Of a stretch of 64,000 bases of DNA, positions 1 through 12,900 are shown in pieces. The position numbers were made by a program, and so were the translations under genes. Source of the stretch: Octopus vulgaris (Eukaryota); contig OX597815.1 in the NCBI GenBank assembly GCA_951406725.2, positions 24,304,001 through 24,368,000 on the forward strand, written 5' to 3'. Each line of letters begins with the position of its first letter. Position 1 is the stretch's first letter. Below the pieces are notes generated by a model. It searched no databases and was not told the origin of the DNA. It was given only the letters and a program-made list of their open reading frames with translations.

Positions 1-1270
1 TAGCATGGAAAAATGGATGTAAAACAACGATATATACACTTACATTAATTCTATATTCTGTGGTGTGTAATATTTCTTATACATTTCTTTATCCTTTTGT
101 GTACATAGTTGTTACTTTTCATGTGGTTAATTTTTAGTATATTTCCAGCTAACCAGTACCAGATTCCTCTTCAGCAACATTAAAAATTAGTTTCAGACAT
201 TGAGCACTTGTGCATTCATTCTTGAGAAAATCATTGTATTCATATTAGTTAGCTTTGTAAATAAGAATGGTTGTAAAACTGTCTGTCACTTAAGTATAGC
301 CAGGTTTCTGCTTGAATTTTGTTTCTGATTAATATTTCTTTATTTACTTCTTTATGGTTAAATGTTATTTTCAACACTTTCAGTTGCTTTGTGGTTATGT
401 TTATGTTTAACGTTTTTCAACATTTAAATGTTATGAAATATGTATCATTAGATGTAACTATTTGTTATTATTGTCCATCAGCTTAGTAAAGAAATTATTA
501 TGTCTTTGTATAAATTTCCTTTAATATAATCTATGTTTCAGTTTTCAATATATTTAGAAAAGGTTTGAATGCTACAGCATCCAATTTCCTTTTGTCGCAA
601 CTCTTAACTCTGTGTCTAATTAAGAGATGATTTTAGTTTATTTCTAATTGAAGTCAAATAATGAGACAAGACCTAGATCTCATTTTTAAGTTTTACATAA
701 CTTCAGTTATTAATTGGCTTTAATAATGTTGTCATTTGCTTAGACTTTTTTCCCCCCCAGTACAGTAGTTCTGTGCATTAGACATCATATTTGGTATAGC
801 TAGTTTATCTAATGATTCAAAGTGCTCTCACTTCTATTTCCACTAAATAATTTGATAACTTGGTGAACTGGAGCAAATTAAGAGGCCCTTTAGTTCATTG
901 CTGAATATGAGTAATTAGCTTTCATTAATACCAGCATCTCCCATATTGCAGAAGCATTGCACTCTTAGAAATTTTGCTGTAATATGAACATAAAACCTTC
1001 TTTCCCACATGATTTTCAGTAGTGCAATCTTCTATAATGCAAGGATGTCGATAGTAAATATCTTAAGCAGTTGTGATCCTCTTTTCTTCTACTCTGATTG
1101 AAAATAAGTTAGCAATAATAAATACCCTTTCATGTTTAAAGATAATCCACTTATGTGTTAATGCAGCATGCTTTCACTTCAAAAACATAAGGGAAAAAAT
1201 ATAATGGAAAGAAGGGAGTTACTTACAAGATGTCATGTAAAATGAAATTATGAATTATTTTCGTTGTTCA

Positions 1271-1700
1271 TTAAAAGGAAGGATATATTTGATAATTTAG
1301 TCCCAGACACTTTAGTCCCAGACACTTTAGTCCCAGGTCACTTTGGGCAAATAACTTTCACAATATTCCTGGGTCAACCAAAACCTTGTAAATGAATTTG
1401 GTAGATGGAAGTGCACAAGTGTTCCACACATCAGATGCCAAAATGATTGCAGAGCAACATGAAATGAAAGGTTTTGCTCAAGAACACAGTGTGCCACCCA
1501 GTCCAGGAATCAAACCCACAATCTAACAATCGTAAGCACAATACCCTATGAATTATTTTTACACAAAGATTACTAGTATTGTTGGTGTTGCTTAATCTAT
1601 TTTAACTCTGATTGAGCTGACTTGTGATCAAAAATATCCCAGCTGTGTCCATACAGTCAGTATCTGGGACTAAATTATCAAACACATCCTTCTCTTTTAA
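1271..1700. mobile_element. Degenerate MITE-like element: ~40-bp inverted ends, a short TTTAGTCCCAGACAC tandem, and a SINE fragment between the arms
   Basis: 1271-1310 (ttaaaaggaaggatatatttgataatttagtcccagacac) is the near reverse complement of 1660-1700. Confidence 0.5.
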
Positions 1701-3625
1701 GATTCTGGGGTATAATTTGCAGCTGGTTGGTTACAATTTCTGGCAGGATGTACAACCAATGCTTCTAGAAAATAGATATACATTTATGTGACTTAAGCAA
1801 ATAAAGTTGATTTAAGTTTTGCTTTTGGCTTAGGTTTAATTCTGTAAGTCTGTTTTATCTAAGTTAATAAAAGGAGTTTTGATATAAGCTTTGGGGCTTT
1901 TCTCATATATGTTAAGCACAATGCAGAACAGTAGATCTATTTATTCAGTCTTACAACAGTTTTTTTTATTTGACATTTTCAAGCTTCTAGCATGGAAGTA
2001 GAGAAGGAAAATGTGCTACTTTCTTGTCAGTACAGCGTGGATACCTTTCCTCTTGAAATGAATTTAAATTCAAAATTGCTGAGACCGTGTTAGATGAAAT
2101 AATGTGAACATTGTTTATTTATCAGTTAAATGTTTCTTTAACTGTTTTCACAGTGAATGGTTTGTGCTGTTTCAAATGTGCGTTTCAACAAATGTATTTT
2201 TGTTAAAATGAGATAGTTTATATTTTCTTTTTAATTATTTTAAAATTAAGTAACTAACTTACCATTAAACTTTATAATTAGCATTTAGCTTGTTACATTG
2301 CTCCATCTTAATGATAGTTAAAACAGTATTGTTTATGGTGTGTATTATTGTTGTGTCAGGGGTTACCTATGTTGAAATGTGCTCCATGGGTAACCCAAAT
2401 AGTATCTTGGTGAATTCTTTTATTTGGTTGTTCAGTTACCTTAGTTTTATGTTTTCATCTCATTTCCATTGTCTTTCATGTCTGTTCTATTTCTTCTTTA
2501 CCTATTTTTGCTTTAACTTCATTTCTTTCCTATTAATTCAGTTTTATCACTCTACCTATCACTCAAAATTGTGTTTACTAATTAAATTCTTTGAACAATA
2601 TATTCATTATATCTTTTCTGAAAGTCTTGTTTGTTAAAACCATTCCCCTCTTACTTAGCCATTTCTTTACCACCAGAGAATTGCTTGCTTTATTTATTGT
2701 CTTCAGTTATAGGTTATCAGATAAGGCGTTTGTTTTCTGTTAAGCTACCAATTTTTTTTTTGGAAAGACCATTGGCAGATTATTTTCAACATAATTAAAC
2801 ACTATCTTACTATTTACCAAAGTATATCTTAACATTTAGCATTAATAGAAAGTGTTCTAAAAGTGATTCTTGCCACTAACAAGTTTGGAGCTTAAGCTGA
2901 TATGGTTTTTGTTCCTTAAAGAATTGATAAGCTAAGTATAGTAGGGATTAAAAAAGAAAGTTGCTTACTGTGAATTGATCTGAGTGCTTGATTTTATAGA
3001 AAAGCAATTCCTAATTTTGGGTTTTAGTCATTTTACAAGAACTATTTTTGCTTAACATGTTTATAGTGTACAAGTATTTTCTCTGGTAAAGGTATGGTTT
3101 CAAAGCCAAATTCCAAAATGGAAAAGCATAAAAATTATGAACTTGTAGTACATGATGAAACCTAAGGTAGTGTTTAAAATCCACATATAAAAGAAATTCA
3201 CCAATGTGGTTTTTAAGTACTTGGTCTTGTGGTTCGCCACTAATGTGCGCGTGTGTGTCTCTTCTCTAACTAAAATCTAAAATAAGTAATCTATAAGATT
3301 GTCTATATATAGAAGTAAATATTCACACAGGAACTCAGTCCTTGGGGAAGAGTTTTAGTGACCTGGGGAGGACAAAGGACATAGGCTAAGTTTCAGAATG
3401 TGGCTAAAAAAGTAAAGGGGTGGGGCTTATTTTAAAATGTGCAAAGTACTCTGTAGAGCACCATTTTTTCTTTCTTTTTTTAGTTAAAATAGAAAGTATT
3501 ATCTGTAAAAATTGTGTTGTAGAAGTTCTGGAATTGAATTTTTACTTTTTGAAATAGTTTAAATAAAATCCATGATGTTATGAAAAAAGCCATATGCTTT
3601 AATATTTATCTATTTTTACTTGCAG

Positions 3626-3782
3626 ACATATTCTGGATTGTTCTGTGTTGTGGTGAACCCTTACAAGAGGTTACCTATTTACCAGGATAAGGTTATTGAA
3701 CTCTATCGTGGCAAGAAACGGCATGAAGTACCACCACATGTTTTCGCTATCACAGATACAGCTTACAGAAGCATGCTTCAAG
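3626..3782 (+). CDS. MYH10: Myosin II exon, 157 nt: [52 protein letters not shown]
   Basis: Acceptor ttttacttgcag and donor G|gtaaag (phase 1); translation is the canonical myosin head N-terminal segment. Confidence 0.96.
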
Positions 3783-4140
3783 GTAAAGTAGAATAAAAAC
3801 AAAATTCAATATATCATAAATATTTAACTATGTTTAAAAATTTTAAATCAACTTTCCAGCATTAACTCAAAACTTAATAGCTATACAGAAAAATATTTTT
3901 AATATTAAGAAAACAAATGTTTTTTTTTATTTCTTACATCTGTTGATCCTTCTGTTTATCTTTGCTGTATCTCACTTCCTGGTTACTAAATATTTCTTGT
4001 ATTTCTTCAGAACTGCATACTTCAATACTTTGTTCCACGTCCTCCTGTCTCTTCTACAACTTCCCTCCACTTTAAGTAGAGGGAGACCCAGGAGGACATG
4101 CATACATACATACATACGTGTGTGTGTGTGTGTGTGTATG

Positions 4141-4171
<31 letters not shown>

Positions 4172-4320
4172 CAAAAAGCAATAAAGATTCAAGTTAATTT
4201 AAATGAATTTACTTGAATATGGTACCTAACTTAGATGCACCAAAAAAAACTATACTGATTTAACAATACAGTAATGTGGGGTGATTATAAGCGAGAATGA
4301 AGCAACAAGAATGGATAGGT

Positions 4321-4411
4321 TTTTAGTACAATCGTTTCATACAAGGACAGGTTTTATTAAAAGTTGCAAAAATTACAGCATATAAACGTGTCCCGTACTC
4401 ATCAGCTAAAA
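4321..4411 (-). ncRNA. Type I hammerhead ribozyme, mirror copy in the left inverted arm
   Basis: Reverse complement of 4956-5046. Confidence 0.72.
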
Positions 4412-4955
4412 TACATGTGAGTTCTCTAGACATCCTAGTGGTTGAGGCTATACTCATGAAGTAATGTAGATAATTAAGTAACATAAACAGATTTCAAAAG
4501 TTCATTAAAGTTCTTTAAAGATGATGTACAGTCTTATCACAGAATTTTAAAGCCAAATTCCAAAATGGAAAAGCATAAAAATTATGAACTTGTAGTACAT
4601 GATGAAACCTAAGGTAGTGTTTAAAATCCACATATAAAAGAAATTCACCACACCCTCTCTGTAATGCTAATAAGCAGGAATTGAAACCCACCTCGTTGTA
4701 ATTAACAATGGATAAATTTGTCTTCTGTGAGTATGTAATCCCTCATCATATCTCTGGAAATTCATATGTGCACTATGGATTAGGTCACCTTCTCTGTGAT
4801 GCTATTAAGACTTTTTTAAAAATTCTGTGATAAGACTGTACATCATCTTTAAAGAACTTTAATGAACTTTTGAAATCTGTTTATGTTACTTAATTATCTA
4901 CATTACTTCATGAGTATAGCCTCAACCACTAGGATGTCTAGAGAACTCACATGTA

Positions 4956-5046
4956 TTTTAGCTGATGAGTACGGGACACGTTTATATGCTGTAATTTTTG
5001 CAACTTTTAATAAAACCTGTCCTTGTATGAAACGATTGTACTAAAA
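4956..5046 (+). ncRNA. Type I hammerhead ribozyme (sense to the myosin pre-mRNA)
   Basis: Stem I TTTTAG/CTAAAA, core CTGATGA (4962-4968), stem II GTACGGGACA/TGTCCTTGTAT, GAAA (5029-5032), short near-palindromic stem III ACGATTGT, cleavage triplet GUA (5038-5040). Confidence 0.75.
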
Positions 5047-5074
5047 ACCTATCCATTCTTGTTGCTTCATTCTC

Positions 5075-5110
<36 letters not shown>

Positions 5111-5111
<1 letters not shown>

Positions 5112-5354
5112 CTGGCGTCCATATCGGTGACATATAAAAGCACCAACCGATTGTGGCCATTTGCCAGACTCATCTGGCCTCTGTGCCAGTGGCAAATAAA
5201 AAGCACCCTCTACACTCGTGGAGTGGTTGGCGTTAGAAACACTGCCAGATCAGACTGGAGCCTGGTGCAGCCTCCTGGCATCCCAGACCCCAGTCGAACC
5301 GTCCAACCTATGCTAGCATGGAAAACGGACGTTAAACGACGATGATGATGATGA
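5111..5354 (+). mobile_element. SINE family C 3' part (tail CATGCTAGCATGGAAAACGGACGTTAAACGACGATGATG)
   Basis: The same tail recurs at 1-30, 8553-8723, 31640-31905, 32445-32709 and on the minus strand at 47683-48110. Confidence 0.75.
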
Positions 5355-5746
5355 TATATATATATAATATCTGCAATATACTTATTCTGAAACCTGTTCA
5401 GCAGGTATGCATTGTTTCAGATTGCTATTAATTTTGATCTTGCATCATCTCATTTTGGCAACCTCCATTTGTGTCTGTGTCTTTCTTGGTTGTTCCCTGC
5501 TACATTTTCTTTCACTGTCAACACACTCAGCTTTTGTTGTTTGTGTCACATACCAGTGCTACTGTCTGTCTTGTATACAACAGCTGGAGTTGTTAATGTA
5601 TAACCATGCAGATTGCTTGTATTCCACCTCTGAATAAATGTTATTAAGTCATTTATGTAAAAAGGATGTGAATTTTTTGATGTAATTTACTCTGATATTA
5701 GAATCTTACCCTTCATTCTCATCTTAATATAGGCCACTTAGCATAT

Positions 5747-5925
5747 TGGTTTCAAATTTTTGCACCAGGCCAGCAATTTTGGGGTAGGGGCTAGTTGATT
5801 ACATCAACTCCCATAGCTCAACAGAATGAACAACCTTGGTGGAATTTGTGCTCAGAACATTAAAATGAATGAAATGCTATTAAGCATTTTGTTCATCATG
5901 CTAACAATTTTGCCAACTCGCCACC
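5747..5925 (-). mobile_element. Old tRNA-derived SINE family D
   Basis: Similar to the copies at 28628-29055 and 45512-45706. Confidence 0.55.
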
Positions 5926-6378
5926 ATAGACCACTAAGCTTCAAAAAGAGCTCTTTCAGTTCATCATTAACCATTTGAATAAAGCCATTCTCCTCAATGA
6001 TAAGCAGAGGACTGGAATTTTATATATTTAATACTTCCAAACCAACCTTGTTTCATGTTGCCATCATTGTGGAATTCCTGACAGCTTTGAAGTTCTCTTT
6101 GTTTGCATAGACTCTTAGATCTCAAATCCACACCTGATTGCTGCTATAGTGACAATCATTACTCATAGGTTAACTGGTGTACTAGATGTTCACTGTGATG
6201 TTCACGTTTTTGCCTTAGATATCACTAAAACAATTTTGCAAGGTCTGGTATAGAGGATTACTTCGTAGCCTGACTGGCTACAGTAAATATTTTCCACCAT
6301 CAAATCATTTCTGATCAGAAGAAATCTGTAAGTTAGCATCAGCAGTCAGTTCTCTGACATTTATGAAATCAATGTAAA

Positions 6379-6541
6379 CACAAGAGTGGCTGTGTGGTAA
6401 GTAGCTTGCTAACCAACCACATGGTTCCGGGTTCAGTCCCACTGCGTGGCATCTTGGGCAAGTGTCTTCTGCTATAGCCCCGGACCGACCAATGCCTTGT
6501 GAGTGGATTTGGTAGACGGAAACTGAAAGAAGCCTGTCGTA

Positions 6542-6596
<55 letters not shown>

Positions 6597-6790
6597 CTGT
6601 GTTTGTCCCCTAGCATTGCTTGACAACCGATGCTGGTGTGTTTACGCCCCCGTCACTTAGCAGATTGGCAAAAGAGACTGATAGAATAAGTACTGGGCTT
6701 ACAAAGAATATCCCGGGTTCGATTTGCTCGACTAAAGACGGTGCTCCAGCATGGCCGCAGTCAAATGACTGAAACAAGTAAAAGAAAAAG
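6379..6790 (+). mobile_element. tRNA-derived SINE family A, full length
   Basis: A/B-box-like head (GTGGCTGTGTGGTAA ... GGTTCAGTCCC), internal (TA)n(TG)n, tail GGTGCTCCAGCATGGCCGCAGTCAAATGACTGAAAC; near-identical copy at 17876. Confidence 0.85.
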
Positions 6791-7737
6791 AATAAAAGAA
6801 AACTTCCTTGGAATCTTTCTGTAGTCCTGTGCTCTTTTTTATTCCTTTGCTCCAGTAAAGTAATGAAATTTTTTATCGACATATTTGCTGATGGTACATC
6901 ACTAAGAACATCATACACTTGAAACTAGCAGCAGGTCTTTCCAGAAATCTAGCTGAGTTTGTGCAATAGACAAAATTGCTTGTTACATTTAATGCTTCCA
7001 ACAGCAACCGTATTTCTCTTTACCACTATTGTGGAATTCCTCTTCATCCCACGACTGTTTTGAAAGAGTCCCCTTGTCTAGATCGCTGTAGTTCTTAAAC
7101 CCCGATTTGAGATGGGGCTCTAACATTATTTTTGTTGCTGAGGTGGTGGTTAGAATAATGAAAGTCATTCGACCACTCAAAAATATTCCTAGCATCTGAA
7201 GTTCTATTGTATCTTTACAAGAGGCAAATCTGCTTTAAAATGTAGTACTGGTTACACGTTTGGATTGGTTCTGCTGGTCATGTATTGTTGATCAGTGTTG
7301 AATTGATTATGTTGTGTAGCTTGTAATAAGTTCTTTTCACCACTGCAACTCCTCTGTCGATATTGCAAGTCGAGCTCGTTTCTATCATTATTTCCAAAGA
7401 TATTGATGTAAACTTCATTCTTCAGTCCCACTCGTCCAAGTAATTTCCCTTAGAACATAGTTTGCCAAATTTAATGAATTGTCCCATTACTTCATGGTTA
7501 TCTAATGCTGTTAGTTTCATGCAAGATGTTTTTGTCCAGGAACAGCTAAATTGTGAAATACTTTCTTTTCCCATTATTTTCTTGTTTTGTTCTTTTAAAA
7601 TTCAAGATTAAGAAATGCCTTACCATGTTGGTAGTTTACTTTGTGGGCTGGCAGAGTTGGAATTACACCAAAGGTCATTGGGGTCCCTTTTATTTTTTTG
7701 CACATTTCTGCACTATCCATAAAGTAATATTTGTTTA

Positions 7738-7930
7738 TGAAGTATATTTGCCACCTGTGGCTGACCCATATGGGACGATGCTACTGTAGTTTATAGCCCC
7801 AGGAAGACATCTCCTCCAGCTGACTAACAACACACTGTCTGCAGCTGGAGGAGATGTCTTCCTGGGGCTATAAACTACAGTAGTGTCATCCCATATGGGT
7901 CAGCCACATTTAAGTGGCAAATGTACTTCA
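7738..7930. repeat. Fold-back inverted repeat (67-bp core arms 7756-7822 and 7842-7908, 19-nt loop)
   Basis: The arms are reverse complements apart from three transitions; pairing extends outward through TGAAGTATATTTGCCAC / GTGGCAAATGTACTTCA. Confidence 0.9.
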
Positions 7931-8509
7931 CGATATTGTGCTGCTACTGTTTACATCTTGCTCAGATTTATTATTGAATATTTGTTTAATCTTGTATATA
8001 TGTGTGAGTGCATGATACAGAACAAGAAATTTAGCACTTATTTTTCTTATAGTTTTATCAACTATACATATAGCACTAAATATAAAATAAATCGAAAAGA
8101 ATAAAAGAAAAAAGTACATCCATTCATATCACTACAAATGCGAAGACTTTACACTCTGCTAAATTTATGGCTTTGTGCTTGTATTAGAAATAGTTTGATT
8201 TACATACAAGGCCAGCAGTTTTGAAGGGAAAATATAATTTAATTTGGTGTGTATAGGTATTGCAAACTTACATTTGAGTGTATGTGTATTGTAAGTTCCT
8301 CGATGTTTTCTTAGCATGAGTGCTTGAGGACTACAGTTACCGGTTTAAAAAAGGCTCGAAAGATAGGGAGATTGTTTCAAAATATAAAGCAATTGAATTT
8401 GAATAGAAACTATGTTTAAAGTGTGTTGTGATGATTGGTTAAGTAATGGTTTTCAATTAGCAAAGGCAAAATTCAAAGTTGAGGTAAGTGGCAGGTGGTC
8501 TGTGGAAGT

Positions 8510-8552
<43 letters not shown>

Positions 8553-8556
<4 letters not shown>

Positions 8557-8723
8557 CACCATTCAATTGTGGCCGTTTGCCAGCCCCGTCTGGCACCTGT
8601 GTCGGTGGCACGTAAAAAGTACCCACTACACTCACGGAGTGGTTGGTGTTAGGAAGGGCATCCAAGACCCCAGTTGAACTGTCCAACCCATGCTAGCATG
8701 GAAAGCGGATGCTAAATGATGAT
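8553..8723 (+). mobile_element. SINE family C fragment
   Basis: Shared body and tail with the other family C copies. Confidence 0.7.
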
Positions 8724-8754
8724 ATATATATATATATATATACATACATATATC

Positions 8755-9053
8755 TCACCATGACCAATCAGGCTATCAGATGTTGTTACACATCGCTGGT
8801 CACAATGCGCTTCGCATTGTTTTAGCCTTCAAATGACGCCCTCCCGCTGGCTAAGCGAGCAGGCCAACAGAAGAAAGAGTGAGAGAAAGTTGTGGCGAAA
8901 GAGTACAGCAGGGATTGCCACCACCCCCTGCCGGAGCCTCGTGGAGAATTATGTGTTTTCGCTCAATAAACACTCACAACGCCCGGTCTGGGAATCGAAA
9001 CCGCGATCCTACGACCGCGAATCCGCTGCCCTAACCACTGGGCCATTGCGCCT

Positions 9054-9055
<2 letters not shown>
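8755..9055 (-). mobile_element. tRNA-derived SINE family B, full length
   Basis: Minus-strand head GGAGGCGCAATGGCCCAGTGGTTAGG ... GTTTCGATTCC; copies at 29932-30218 and 58334-58500. Confidence 0.85.
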
Positions 9056-9089
<34 letters not shown>

Positions 9090-9300
9090 ATACAGAGGGT
9101 ATATAATCTGTTTTTCTTTATTTTCTCCCTTCTTGCTTTTTCACCAATCATTTTTAGAATGAGACATTTTGACTTAAATTAATACCTCAATTGGATCTCA
9201 TTAGTGTCTTGTGTATCGACATGGTTACAATTCAATATCCTTTTTACATTGTAGATATCAGTAATCAATTTGTATTGACTTTATAAGATTATTTAAATGC

Positions 9301-9917
9301 CTTACTTTTCTTCTCTTTCTCTCTTCTTCTCTTTCTCTCTTCTTCCTCTCTCTCCTTCCTTTCTCTCTTCTTCCTCTCTCTCCTTCCTTTCTCCCTTCCT
9401 CTCTCTCTCTTCTTCTCTCCTCTCTCCCTCTCTTTCTCTTCATCTCTCTCTCCTCTTCCTCTCTCTCTCTCCTCTTCCTCTCTCTCTCTCCTCTTCCTCT
9501 CTCTATCTCCTCTTCCTCACTCTATCTCCTCTTCCTCACTCTATCTCCTCTTCCTCACTCTATCTCCTCTTCCTCACTCTATCTCCTCTTCCTCTCTCTA
9601 TCTCCTCTTCCTCTCTCTATCTCCTCTTCCTCTCTCTATCTCCTCTTCCTCTCTCTATCTCCTCTTCCTCTCTCTATCTCCTCTTCCTCTCTCTATCTCC
9701 TCTTCCTCTCTCTATCTCCTCTTCCTCTCTCTATCTCCTCTTTCTCTCTCGCTCTCTCCTCTTCCTCTCTCTCTCGCTCTCTCCTCTTCCTCTCTCTCTC
9801 GCTCTCTCCTCTTCCTCTCTCTCTCGCTCTCTCCTCTTCCTCTCGCTCTCTCCTCTTCCTCTCGCTCTCTCCTCTTCCTCTTTCCTTTCTTCCCTTTCCC
9901 TCTCTCCTCTCTCTCTT
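9301..9917. repeat. Polypyrimidine (CT-rich) low-complexity tract with a ~21-bp periodic core
   Basis: Almost only C and T; repeated CTCTCTATCTCCTCTTC. Confidence 0.95.
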
Positions 9918-12900
9918 GGATAGTCTCAACTATTATTGAATAAACTTACCTCTGGCTGGGGAATAATCAATTGAGCATAAAATATAGTCCAGTTTGACCA
10001 CTTATCCAAGTATGTTAGTAGGTATTGACCTTGGAGGACTGGAAATATTGATTTATTAATATTTTAAATCTTGACAAAACACTTCCATAGTCTTCATCTG
10101 TACAAAAGTTTCAAAATGTCTTGCAGTTCACATGTTTCCTATAAAGCTAAAATTTTATCATATTCAGGACCATGTCCTGTTTTACCAGAAAAAAATGGTA
10201 TATTATCAGTTGTTTCTATAATAAAGAGAGCTTTCTTGAGGAAATCTGTGTGCAGGAAGAAACTTCTTTGAGTAGGCAATGAAACTCTCCTTATATTGTT
10301 TGACGTCATCCTGGAGTCCCTTCTTTTAAGCCCCTGTATACAACATCCCTAATTGACAAATGGCATATTTGTCTTTTGATCACAGTCTTAACTTTATTAT
10401 GGTCAAAGCAACTTAATTCATAAAGTAATTAATGATAGTCATAGTATAAATAATTAGTTCTTTTATGCAATGTTTGTGCTTGATTGGAATTGCTTGGAAA
10501 TGTCTGTAATTAAGAAATTTACTTTATGTGACACCTTTGTCTTCTACTATAGCCCCAGGCCAACCAAAGGCTTGGTAGAGGGAAATTGAAAGAAGCCTCT
10601 CATAAATAAACGTGTGTGTGTTTTTGTCCTGACATCACGTGTTGCTTGTAGATTGAGCAGCATTGCTATACAAGCAATATGTTTTCAATCTTCCATGAAA
10701 AACATCTGGCCATGGGAAATATTACCTTGCTTGGAAACAAGTGAGGGTTGGCAACAGGAAGGCCTCACCAAACTCTGTTCGGTCCATGCAAGCATAGAGG
10801 AGTACATGTTAAATGATGGTCATACAAGTCTTGTTGGAATCATTGTTAGACCTTGAGTTTTTCTTTTTGGTCTCCTATTAAACTGTTCTCTCATTTGGAC
10901 CCAACACTAACAATTACAGCCTGTTTGATTTCTTCTGCATTTCTATTTTATATACCTGGTTTTCTCTGTGGAGTTAAAGTTGATAGCTTATTTATCATTG
11001 CTTTAAAAGTATGTCATACTTAATCTAAGAAATAAGAATTTGTTTGCATATCAAGTAATCTGGTTAAACAAATCTTACTAAAAGTAACTAAAACAATTTC
11101 ATTAATTCTGACCATTTACATTCTAAATTACACAGGGTTTCATTTGAAACCCCTATAATGGTGCATAGCTCTCCTTTAAGTTGATCTACATCATGGTTAT
11201 CTCTTTGACATTACTAGATCCCTTCTACCACCACCTCCATAGAACACTTACCCAAGAAATTATTCTTTGAATATCCTGTAAAAATTTATAAGAAATTTAG
11301 TGACATTCTTGTCTTGACATTGATTTAACAATTTAACTATTATTTGGGACCTGATAATTAAGTGAAGTCTGGCATGGAAAGTAATATTAGACTTATTTTC
11401 TTGACATCTCTATACAAAAATATAAACTATGTAGCCACTTGTTAAAGGAATTACTTGGCTTTGGTATTGTCTCAAAATAATGAAATATTTTCTGAACCAA
11501 ATGCCAAAGCACCACCTTATTTTAAAAATTTCAAGATTATACTAATTTCTTCTAGGCATTTTCTTTGAACCTGAATTAGCAGTTGGCATTCAAAATTTAA
11601 TTTTACATACACTCTGACATTTGTACTGTGATACATATTTTCTCTTATGTTAATAATAGGAACAGTTTAAAGAATTTGTAAAACGGAATAGATAGCATTG
11701 AATAAAAAATGTCATTTCATTGTTGAATTTTTGAATTCTGAGATCTTTACAATAAGAGGCAAATGCCTAACTGTTTGTTACTGTTTGAATTAAGAAATTT
11801 GTTAGGATTTATTATTCTCAAGATTGATTTTCTGATGAATACTAGATAAATTTTTGTCAGTGGAAAGCCTTTGTTATATTGGTTAATGGATTTGTTTAAT
11901 CTTCTGAAATAAACGAGGTTTAGTTGTCTGAAGTCTTGAATATTCCTTGGTCATTTCACAACCAAAACACACAAAGATTTGTTCTTAAATTTTTATTCAT
12001 ATAAAAAATTTAATATGCATAAGAAAAATATAAAATATCTTATTTCATTTTTTTTCTTTTGTAGTTGAGTTTTATTTTAAGATCTTCAGTATTATGTGTG
12101 TTTATTCAAAGAATGTATTGCTTCCTTTGGTTCTCTTAGTATTTCTTGTAAGAATGGTCTTCAAACTATATACTCAGTTGTGACACTTAAACGCTGACCT
12201 CTATAGATCAGCACGCTTGGTAATAAATTTTAGTGTTTAATTAAAGATTTATAAGTCACTCTATCAGAATTATATTGCAATCTATATTAAAAAATTTTTT
12301 AAACTCATTTGCTTTCATATACTAAATTTTGATTATGTATATTTATGAGCTCTGTAATGACAAGAAATCCTATTTTTTGTTTTATGATACTCATGCTAGA
12401 ATTTTGAGTTTGACTTTGTTGCTTCTACTTTTTCTACATTAACTCATTCATTAGTATGCCATAGTTAAAAGTTATAAATAAAATGTTGATTCCTCTACAT
12501 GGCAATGTCTGTCACACTTTAAACCTCTCTGAGAACTTTGACATATGTCACACAATAATTTCTTAATCTTATTTTTATTAGTTTTATTTTTAATGACTAA
12601 TGGAGAATTTACAGTGCAATGCCTGCCACTTCCTGATAATGTGAGATATACTGAAGAAAAATGGTCCTTTCTGCTTGACATTCTTGAGATATTTTGAAGA
12701 CATTTTTTTTCTTTTTGTTTTTTCAAAAAACTTCTTCCTTTTCCATCTAACCCAAACACACAGAGTATCCCTTCACTAGGGAAAGGGAAGATGAGAGTAC
12801 AAGGAGGAAAACATTAATCTTACTCCAATTACTTGTTTTTCTTTTCTTTCCCTAGAAAGTATTTCCTACTGATTTGGGCTTGTCTACATACAAAGCGCCC

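Larger units (their letters stand above)
4171..5075. mobile_element. Penelope-like element remnant with inverted pseudo-LTRs (257-bp arms 4292-4548 and 4819-5075), set in (TA)n
   Basis: The arms read as exact reverse complements and each carries a hammerhead core; both flanks are (TA)n. Family assignment is inferred from the ribozyme and the inverted layout. Confidence 0.7.

Noticed and set aside
2290-2637. 115-aa hydrophobic ORF and similar short intronic ORFs
   Set aside because: Composition reflects T-rich intron sequence; many use non-ATG starts and none shows recognisable homology.
8980-9055. tRNA gene-like sequence (also at 30140-30218 and 58334-58410)
   Set aside because: These are SINE heads that continue into a shared body and tail, not standalone tRNA genes.
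9297-9929. 208-aa Leu/Ser ORF and the opposite-strand Arg/Glu ORF
   Set aside because: Artefacts of the CT-rich tract.
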